A stretch of DNA of 33,522 nt from a bacterium (GTDB lineage Bacteria; Patescibacteriota; Minisyncoccia; Phycocordibacterales; Phycocordibacteraceae): positions 1 through 33,522 of the forward strand of contig JAJXVZ010000002.1 of NCBI GenBank assembly GCA_021781865.1. The letters are read 5' to 3'. The notes below the pieces were generated by a model. That model was not told the origin of the DNA and made no database searches. It worked only from the letters and a program-made list of their open reading frames with translations. Below, piece after piece: positions 27,736 to 33,522 of this stretch (within the stretch, counting starts at the first letter, position 1; the number at the start of each line of letters is the position of its first letter). A program made the translations under genes and the position numbers.

Positions 27736-27989
27736 TAAATTTTTGGATAATTCGCGTGCAAATAGGCAACAATATCTTTCGACTCATACATTTCAACCCC
27801 TCGCCCGCCGTCGACAAGATAGGGTACTTGCCGTTTGCCGCCTCGTGCGATAAGCTCCGCAGCTATCGCGTCATTTGCGATGTTCTTTTCTTCAAATGAA
27901 ACTCCGAGTTCTTCGCCTGCCTGAAACACCGTGCGGCAGAATGGACAGCCAGTTTTCACGTAAAGAGTCAATGTGGTTTCCGGTGTCAT
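27735..27989 (-). CDS. Glutaredoxin-like protein
   Basis: It has a CPFC redox motif in TLYVKTGCPFCRTV and a thioredoxin-fold size. I trimmed the start to the Met at 27989, just after the PEBP gene stop. Confidence 0.75.
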   Translation of the reverse strand: MTPETTLTLYVKTGCPFCRTVFQAGEELGVSFEEKNIANDAIAAELIARGGKRQVPYLVDGGRGVEMYESKDIVAYLHANYPKI

Positions 27990-27990
27990 G

Positions 27991-28476
27991 TTATTTTCTG
28001 GAATAACGACCGATGAGTTCGGTCTCTGCAATTATGGACGGTGCAAGCGCGGTGAGTATTTCATTTTTAGTCGCACCCGGTTGCAGTACCAATGGCACAC
28101 TAAGCGCGTAAAGTTTAAAAAAATAACGGTGCTCCCGTGGCTCGTATTCAGGAGGCGGACAAGGACCGATGTAATGTAAATCGCCTCTTGTCGTAGCCCC
28201 CGACGTGCCAACGACCACGCCTTCAGGAATCTCATGTGTTGCCGGAGAGATGTTGAAAAGCGTCCAGTGATTGAAGCTTTCAATCATAAATTCCTTCTTT
28301 TTCACTTCTGGTATGTCCGGATCATCCATAATGAGCACGAGTGATTGCGCTTCCTCGGGTACACCGCTGATTGAAAGTGGGGGTGATAATTCTTGATTTC
28401 CGTCGCACGTGTACTTCGTGGGAATCGTTTCGCCGTTTTTAAATGCAGGACTTGTGAGCGTTAGTTCTTTGTTCAT
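27991..28476 (-). CDS. PEBP (YbhB/YbcL, Raf kinase inhibitor-like) family protein
   Basis: LIMDDPD...HWTLFNI...YIGPCPPPEYEPREHRYFFKLYAL is the PEBP signature. Confidence 0.8.
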   Translation of the reverse strand: MNKELTLTSPAFKNGETIPTKYTCDGNQELSPPLSISGVPEEAQSLVLIMDDPDIPEVKKKEFMIESFNHWTLFNISPATHEIPEGVVVGTSGATTRGDLHYIGPCPPPEYEPREHRYFFKLYALSVPLVLQPGATKNEILTALAPSIIAETELIGRYSRK

Positions 28477-28487
28477 GTCTTCATCCT

Positions 28488-28509
28488 ATCATTGCAGGCA
28501 ATGATTTTT
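28488..28509. terminator. Hairpin at the boundary between the recombinase ORF and the PEBP gene
   Basis: The hairpin is ATCATTG-cagg-CAATGAT, with TTTTT on the plus strand. On the minus strand it directly follows the recombinase stop (28508-28510). Confidence 0.3.
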
Positions 28510-30079
28510 AAGTTAAGATATCAGAATCGTCCATTCGGGCGACACGATTCCGGGATAGCTCAATGGTAGAGCAGCGCCCTGTTAAGGCGTTGGTTGCAGG
28601 TTCGAGTCCTGCTCCCGGAGCAGCAATAAAACTCACCTCATTTTCTGAGAAATTTTGGCGTGCGACGCGGAGCGTCGCCCAATGTTCTACGGGGGTTTGT
28701 TCAACTTTTCGATTTCGCAAAGTCAGGTTCGAGCCGAAGATTTTTTGGAGGGAGGATTTTTTGGAGGGGAGGTCGAAGTTTTTGGCTATTTCGTCCAGCA
28801 TTGAAGCGTGGTTTACCCACTCCTGCATGGGTTCGAGCCACGCACAGGCGTTCTGTTCAAGACGGGCTATCTGCTCCTCGAACGACTTACGATCCGATAT
28901 GAGAGCGCGACGGCGTTCAAGGTAGTCGGCACGCTCGATGTCTTGGGCTATGTAGAGGTCGGTAAGGCGGTCGAGTTGGCGGGAGATGTCCTGTACTTTC
29001 TCACGCAATTCTTGAACGAACGCTTCGGTTTCGCGCGAGGTCTTATCCTTGTCCTCGTCCATAAGTCGGCGTAGCTCCTCCGCCCACAATGGCGGGAGAT
29101 CGTAGCTGGAAAGTATCGTATTGAGTTGAGGCGATAGTGCTTCCTCTCTGACATACGGCTCGGCACAGACGCCTTTCTTCTTCGTACAGCGATAGTAGGT
29201 ATGGCCTTTCTGTATCTCGCCCGTAATCATGCAACCGCACTCACCGCAACGTAGAAGCCCGCACAGGGCTTTGGGTTGGGTGGTAGCTTTCTGCGGGTGG
29301 CCTCGCTCTATAATTACTTTCTGCACTTTGTCGAACAGACGTTTTTCGATGATGGGAGTATGCCGTCCTTCGTGCAATTCTCCGCCGTAGGTAAAGAGGC
29401 CGCAGTAAAAGGAGTTGGTAAGGATAAACCGCACGCGGTCTTTGTGGAAAGGTAAGCCGCCGAAACTCTTGACGCCATTCTCAAACATAAATGTAGAGAT
29501 GTCTTCAAGACGGCGGTCGCCTTTGGCGTATAGCAGAAAGGCGGCTCGTATCACTTTCGATTTCTTCCGGTCTATAACAATCGTCTTAGACCGCACATCG
29601 TTTAGGTAGCCGACAGGCGCACTGCTCGGAAACTCGCCACGCTTAACTTTGAGACGTAGGCCACGCTTCACGTTTGCGCTTAGGTCGCGGATAAATTGGT
29701 TAGCCATGCCGAACTCGACGGACATCATCAGGACGTTATCGGTCGGGTAGTGGTTGCGGTCGTGGGTGCGGATATGCTTGATCGTCCCCTCCTGTAGAAA
29801 CCAACTGATCTGCCCGCCGTCCACTGGATTGCGTGCTAAGCGATCTAACTTCCAACAGACAATGCCCTGTGCCTCGCCGCGCTGTATGCGCTTCATCATG
29901 TCGTTGAACACAGGACGGCCGGGCATCTTGGCGGTACGCTTCTCCACAAACTCGGCGGCAACTTCTAAACCTTCCTGTTTTGCTAAAACCCGAAGCTCGG
30001 CTAGCTGGGCTTCAATAGAGAGGACTTGTTTGTCCTCGACATCGGTGGATTTGCGGGCGTAGAGGAAGTAGCTGAGCAT
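28508..30079 (-). CDS. Large serine recombinase
   Basis: I placed the start at the Met at 30079 (MLSYFLYARKSTDVEDKQVLSIEAQ), which gives the resolvase catalytic-Ser motif. It also has a recombinase domain, a Cys-rich zinc ribbon (CGLLRCGECGCMITGE...YYRCTKKKGVC) and a long coiled-coil. The last ~36 codons are antisense to tRNA-Asn. Confidence 0.9.
   Translation of the reverse strand: MLSYFLYARKSTDVEDKQVLSIEAQLAELRVLAKQEGLEVAAEFVEKRTAKMPGRPVFNDMMKRIQRGEAQGIVCWKLDRLARNPVDGGQISWFLQEGTIKHIRTHDRNHYPTDNVLMMSVEFGMANQFIRDLSANVKRGLRLKVKRGEFPSSAPVGYLNDVRSKTIVIDRKKSKVIRAAFLLYAKGDRRLEDISTFMFENGVKSFGGLPFHKDRVRFILTNSFYCGLFTYGGELHEGRHTPIIEKRLFDKVQKVIIERGHPQKATTQPKALCGLLRCGECGCMITGEIQKGHTYYRCTKKKGVCAEPYVREEALSPQLNTILSSYDLPPLWAEELRRLMDEDKDKTSRETEAFVQELREKVQDISRQLDRLTDLYIAQDIERADYLERRRALISDRKSFEEQIARLEQNACAWLEPMQEWVNHASMLDEIAKNFDLPSKKSSLQKIFGSNLTLRNRKVEQTPVEHWATLRVARQNFSENEVSFIAAPGAGLEPATNALTGRCSTIELSRNRVARMDDSDILT
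28549..28620 (+). tRNA. tRNA-Asn (anticodon GUU)
   Basis: Hand-folded cloverleaf. The parts are acceptor TCCGGGA/TCCCGGA, D arm GCTC-AATGGTA-GAGC, anticodon stem GCGCC/GGCGT with loop CTGTTAA, variable loop TGGTT, T arm GCAGG-TTCGAGT-CCTGC, and discriminator G. CCA is not encoded. Confidence 0.9.
28619..28778. repeat. Left copy of a ~160-bp inverted repeat (IR-L), starting at the last 2 nt of tRNA-Asn
   Basis: It is the reverse complement of 33232-33400. Bases 28619-28730 are identical to rc(33289-33400), and 28743-28778 are identical to rc(33232-33267). A 12-nt versus 21-nt variable patch lies between these blocks. Confidence 0.9.
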
Positions 30080-30097
30080 GTTTCCATAATAGCACAA

Positions 30098-30171
30098 ACA
30101 GGACAAAACAGGACAAGTGATTGTGGATGACAAAAACGGACAAAAGTGTATCCTTACAGGTGATGGACAAA
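30098..30171. promoter_or_regulatory. Divergent control region with iterated GGACAA(A) motifs
   Basis: GGACAA(A/G) occurs at 30101, 30111, 30138 and 30165, with a GATGACAAAA variant at 30126. On the minus strand, TATTAT (30091-30086) lies 6 nt upstream of the recombinase ATG. Confidence 0.35.
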
Positions 30172-30339
30172 GATAGACTCCTTACTGCACAGGAAGTCGC
30201 AAAGAAATTACGTGTGAGTGAACGCTCAGTTATGCGCTACATCAAAGCAAAGAAACTTCGTGCCACAAAAATCGGTCAGTGGCGTATCAAAGAAATTGAT
30301 ATCATTAAATTCCTCGGAGCCTATAGTAATAAAAGATAA
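30127..30339 (+). CDS. Excisionase-type (HTH_17/MerR-like) DNA-binding protein
   Basis: LLTAQEVAKKLRVSERSVMRYIKAKKLRATKIGQWRIKEIDIIKFL matches the excisionase-family HTH pattern. The start could be TTG 30121, ATG 30127 or ATG 30163. Confidence 0.75.
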   Translation: MTKTDKSVSLQVMDKDRLLTAQEVAKKLRVSERSVMRYIKAKKLRATKIGQWRIKEIDIIKFLGAYSNKR

Positions 30340-30344
30340 TCGTT

Positions 30345-31415
30345 ATGTCTCCGACAAAAATAAAAGTTATTGATTTGTTCTGTGGTATAGGAGGTCTGAC
30401 CCACGGACTCATTAAAGAAGGTCTTGATGTTGTCGCTGGCATTGACAATGATTCAAGTTGCAAATTCGGCTATGAATACAATAATAAGGCTCAGTTCATT
30501 GATATAGATATTCTTGAAGTTACAGCCGATAGGATCAACCAACTTTTTGGATCAGAGAAAGGCACGATTCGTGTCCTTGCGGGCTGTGCTCCTTGCCAAC
30601 CTTTTTCAAAACTGAATCTTAACGCTATTACAGAAAAACAATTAGAACCGTTAGGAAAGTTTGCCCAATTGATTGCTGAGACTCAGCCGGATATTGTCTC
30701 AATGGAAAACGTGAGTGATCTTGCCATTAAAAATAAATATCCGGCGTTCGAGAGTTTTTTAAAAGTTCTTACTGATAATAATTATCACTACAAGTACGAG
30801 GTTGTTGATGTCTCAGAGTTTGGCGTACCACAGAAAAGACGGAGACTCGTTTTACTTGCGTCAAAATTTGGTGAAATTCAATTAATAAAAAGAACTCACA
30901 AAGATAAGCGGGTTACTGTCCGAGACGTTATTAAACATTTAGAGCCAATAAAAAACGGTGAGGTAAGCAAGAGAGACCCACTACATCGATCAAGGAAACT
31001 TGCCCCGATTAACCTAAAAAGGATAAAAGCCACTCCGCATGATGGAGGTAGTTCTAATAGTTGGAGTAAGGATTTAATCTTAGATTGTCATAAAAAAAAG
31101 TCGGGTAAAACATACCGTCACACTGTTTATGGACGTATGAGTTGGGATCAACCTGCTCCAACTATGACGACACAGTGTGTAGGATTAGGAAATGGCAGAT
31201 ATGGTCACCCTACGCAAAATCGGGCGATAAGCTTGAGAGAAGCGGCAATATTTCAGACATTCCCAAAGGATTATCAATTCCTTCCATCCTCGGAGCCAAT
31301 TGTAATAAATAAAGTTGCAAAATTTATCGGGAATGCTGTACCGGTAAGACTCGGATCAGTTATTGGCAAGAGTATAAAGGAACACTTGAGCAAAAATTAT
31401 GAAGGAAGAACATAA
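30345..31415 (+). CDS. DNA (cytosine-5)-methyltransferase
   Basis: C5-MTase motifs are I DLFCGIGG, IV PCQPFS, VI MENV, VIII QKRRRLVLLAS, IX RAISLREAAIFQTFP and X GNAVPV. Confidence 0.92.
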   Translation: MSPTKIKVIDLFCGIGGLTHGLIKEGLDVVAGIDNDSSCKFGYEYNNKAQFIDIDILEVTADRINQLFGSEKGTIRVLAGCAPCQPFSKLNLNAITEKQLEPLGKFAQLIAETQPDIVSMENVSDLAIKNKYPAFESFLKVLTDNNYHYKYEVVDVSEFGVPQKRRRLVLLASKFGEIQLIKRTHKDKRVTVRDVIKHLEPIKNGEVSKRDPLHRSRKLAPINLKRIKATPHDGGSSNSWSKDLILDCHKKKSGKTYRHTVYGRMSWDQPAPTMTTQCVGLGNGRYGHPTQNRAISLREAAIFQTFPKDYQFLPSSEPIVINKVAKFIGNAVPVRLGSVIGKSIKEHLSKNYEGRT

Positions 31416-33132
31416 GCCTTTTGAATTTGAATTCTCTCTTGAAGTTCTCAATCATTTAGGCAGGGGTCTATATAGAAGTTTTGCAACTGTTATTGCGGAG
31501 GCAGTTTCAAATGCCTGGGACGCAGAAGCGAAAGAAGTTAAAATCACTCTCGACAAGACAGGTCTTATTGTTGAAGACAACGGAAAAGGCATGGATGCTA
31601 ACGATTTTAGATGTAAGTTCCTAAAAGTTGGATACTCCAGAAGGCAGGACGAAACCAATAAATCAAAGCGAAATGTAATTGGTAGGAAGGGCATCGGAAA
31701 GTTAGCAATGCTGTCTATTTCTGAAAAGGTAACTATCGTCTCAAAGAAACAAGAATCAGAAATAACCGGTGGAAAAATTAACAACCCTAAATTAGATAAA
31801 GAGATTAGAAAGGACGGCAAGTATGCTCTCGACAACTTATCAAACCAAGAGAAGACCAAACTTTTTGGCAAGCCTAATACTAAGAAGACAGGTACGAAAA
31901 TACTTTTTGAGAAAATTAAAACCAACCTCAATAGCGAAGATATGATTCGCAAATATCTTGCAACTCAATTCAATTTTATTTTTAGCATAAAAAAGGGCGA
32001 CTCGTTTACTATCAAAGTAAATAATAAACCCGTTAGCATTAAGGACTTGCAAGAGTTGAATGACAACACTCAGTTCATATGGTACGTCGGCAAAAAAGAT
32101 AAAAGGTTTGGAGATAGATTTAAGAGTCTTGATAAGGAAAAGGTTATTAAAAATACAAACTTTGTGTTTGAGGGTAAGACCATTGAGATTAAAGGCTTTA
32201 TCGCTTCCGTGAAAAGGTCAGGCCAGTTGCTTCTTAGGGGTTCGAACGGTGATTTCAAAGCAAGTGTTAATCTCTTCACAAACGGCAGATTAAGACAGGA
32301 AAGTCTTTTTGAGGAGATCGCAAAGAAAACACTTACGGAGGAATATCTTTATGGCGAAATTCACGTTGATGGTTTTGAGGACAGTGAAAACGATCGATTC
32401 ACGAGTTCACGCGAAGGGATAATCAAAGATGATCCTCTTTACCAAAAGTTTCTAGAGGAACTTGAAAAAGTGTTAGTAGTTATAATTCAAGACTGGACTC
32501 CCTGGAGAAAGGAACTCAAACAAGATGGGGATATTGATCAAGACTCAAGACCTGGTTATGAAGTAAGGATGGAAGAGAGTCGTAACCGGCGTGAAAAAGA
32601 CTTCAGAGATAAAATAAATGAGAATATAAGTGATAAAGCTACTAAAGACAGTTTAAAGGAGAAGCTAAAATCTCTTTCATATAAAAATACCTTGATTTAT
32701 CAAGATTTGTTTATTTTGGAGAATATTCTTAGAGAATATATTAAACTTAAAAAAGTAGAAGAAAATTACTTTGACACTAAAATAGCCGACGAAAAGAATA
32801 TTATTGATCGTATTAAGCAAGTCAGAGGAGACAGAAGGGCAGACGAAGCAACGCATGCGCTGAAAGGGAAAATTGTAAAAGAAGAACACTTTCTAAACTA
32901 TGCAGATTTGTATGATCTTGGGGAAATAATCGATCTTTATTTGGAAAAGAATAAAAAGAACCCAACTCCTAAGAAATATAAGAAAGAATTGTCTGCTGAC
33001 GCTAAAGAAATCAATCCAGTTAGAAATCCAATCATGCATACAAACGAGATAACCGATCATGTATTGGTATGGGATAAGATTAAAAACCTCATTGATTATA
33101 TTGAAAGGATAAAGGATAAGAAAGTAAAATAA
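31399..33132 (+). CDS. GHKL (HATPase_c_3/MORC-like) ATPase with a C-terminal HEPN-like domain
   Basis: Bergerat-fold motifs are EAVSNAWDA (31498-31524), DNGKGM (31576-31593) and GRKGIGKLA. The C-terminal helical domain has ILENILREYI, LYDLGEIIDLY and VRNPIMH (Rx4H, 33022-33039). It overlaps the MTase gene by 17 nt. Confidence 0.75.
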   Translation: MKEEHKPFEFEFSLEVLNHLGRGLYRSFATVIAEAVSNAWDAEAKEVKITLDKTGLIVEDNGKGMDANDFRCKFLKVGYSRRQDETNKSKRNVIGRKGIGKLAMLSISEKVTIVSKKQESEITGGKINNPKLDKEIRKDGKYALDNLSNQEKTKLFGKPNTKKTGTKILFEKIKTNLNSEDMIRKYLATQFNFIFSIKKGDSFTIKVNNKPVSIKDLQELNDNTQFIWYVGKKDKRFGDRFKSLDKEKVIKNTNFVFEGKTIEIKGFIASVKRSGQLLLRGSNGDFKASVNLFTNGRLRQESLFEEIAKKTLTEEYLYGEIHVDGFEDSENDRFTSSREGIIKDDPLYQKFLEELEKVLVVIIQDWTPWRKELKQDGDIDQDSRPGYEVRMEESRNRREKDFRDKINENISDKATKDSLKEKLKSLSYKNTLIYQDLFILENILREYIKLKKVEENYFDTKIADEKNIIDRIKQVRGDRRADEATHALKGKIVKEEHFLNYADLYDLGEIIDLYLEKNKKNPTPKKYKKELSADAKEINPVRNPIMHTNEITDHVLVWDKIKNLIDYIERIKDKKVK

Positions 33133-33190
33133 GAATCAGCATCGGGAGTTTTGTCGATCTGAAAGATGGCGAAAAATAAATTGCCTATAA

Positions 33191-33451
33191 CACGCGCACG
33201 GGAAGGGCGGGGCAAGTGTTATATCTAGCGTCTTCGACCTCCCCTCCAAAAAATCCTCCCTCCAAAAGTCTTCGGCTTTCGTATTTTTGAACCTGACTTT
33301 GCGAAATCGAAAAGTTGAACAAACCCCCGTAGAACATTGGGCGACGCTCCGCGTCGCACGCCAAAATTTCTCAGAAAATGAGGTGAGTTTTATTGCTGCT
33401 TGTTTGTACGACCCAATACGAACGCATTTTACCCGAAACGGAGGCCTCTAG
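33191..33451 (+). other. ATG-less in-frame copy of the recombinase C-terminal coding segment with a different tail
   Basis: The frame is open from 33191 to TAG at 33449-33451. It translates to FDLPSKKSSLQKSSAFVFLNLTLRNRKVEQTPVEHWATLRVARQNFSENEVSFIAA plus CLYDPIRTHFTRNGGL. The recombinase has ...QKIFGSNLTLRNRK...FIAA plus a tRNA-antisense tail. Confidence 0.6.
33232..33400. repeat. Right copy of the ~160-bp inverted repeat (IR-R)
   Basis: It is the reverse complement of 28619-28778, with one 9-nt frame-preserving indel patch at 33268-33288. Confidence 0.9.
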
Positions 33452-33522
33452 GGTAGTCATTCGGGGGTAGTTTACCCCTACATTCACCCCTACATTCGAC
33501 CTATACCGGAATGTAGGGGTAG

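Larger units (their letters stand above)
28619..33400. mobile_element. IR-bounded recombinase/MTase/GHKL-HEPN cassette adjacent to tRNA-Asn (integrative or invertible element)
   Basis: It abuts a tRNA 3' end and carries a large serine recombinase plus an excisionase-type HTH. It has ~160-bp terminal inverted repeats and an AT-rich cargo that contrasts with flanking genes. The true right boundary could lie beyond the window. Confidence 0.55.

Noticed and set aside
28563-29074. Several 80-120 aa plus-strand ORFs inside the recombinase gene
   Set aside because: They are antisense to a recombinase with clear catalytic, zinc-ribbon and coiled-coil regions. They are Arg/Ser-rich shadow frames.
31452-31952. 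166-aa minus-strand ORF inside the GHKL gene
   Set aside because: It is antisense to the Bergerat-fold motifs, and its Leu/Ser/Phe-rich sequence is expected from the complement of a Lys/Glu-rich AT-rich gene.
30345-33132. Classical type II R-M pair, with the 577-aa protein as the restriction endonuclease
   Set aside because: The N-terminus is clearly a GHKL ATPase, and I see no PD-(D/E)xK, HNH or GIY-YIG motif by eye. The ~300-aa middle region is unassigned, so a cryptic nuclease fold cannot be excluded without profile or structure searches.
28600-33410. Target-site duplication flanking the inverted repeats
   Set aside because: The outer flanks (tcccgg on the left, tgtttg on the right) share no direct repeat. 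Serine recombinases would not be expected to make one.
1-33522. CRISPR arrays, rRNA genes or an alternative genetic code
   Set aside because: I found no regularly spaced 25-40 nt direct repeats and no rRNA-like stretches. TGA ends well-supported genes (for example mreC and murA), so there is no sign of UGA recoding.

Overview
This is a densely coding bacterial chromosomal window that uses the standard genetic code (TAA, TAG and TGA all end well-supported genes). Compact, overlapping genes and a housekeeping and cell-envelope gene set suggest a small-genome bacterium, possibly Patescibacteria/CPR, but that is inference only. Bases 1-28500 are core genes: corA (5' truncated), cysS, dnaB, recR, a DEAD-box helicase, rplU, rmuC, a yqeY-like gene and tRNA-Glu(CUC). 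They also hold a dcw block (mraZ-rsmH-ftsL-like-ftsI-murF), greA, an elongasome block (mreB-mreC-mreD-mrdA), proS, rseP, frr, holB, a second mreB paralog, murA, def, fmt, hpf, a DUF167 gene, a glutaredoxin and a PEBP-family gene. Directly after tRNA-Asn(GUU) (28549-28620) lies an accessory island of about 4.8 kb. It carries a large serine recombinase (minus strand) and a divergent operon of an excisionase-type HTH protein, a C5 DNA cytosine methyltransferase, and a 577-aa GHKL ATPase with a C-terminal HEPN-like Rx4H domain. The island is bounded by inverted repeats of about 160 bp. Each repeat encodes an in-frame copy of the recombinase C-terminus, and the recombinase ORF in its present orientation reads antisense through the tRNA. 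I read this as a candidate mobile or invertible, methylation-linked defence module with an unusual GHKL-HEPN effector. No canonical restriction endonuclease is visible. Other points worth a second look are two long non-coding gaps (13761-14238 and 20003-20237) that may hold structured or small RNAs, and a repeat cluster cut off by the right window edge. No CRISPR array or rRNA gene was seen.
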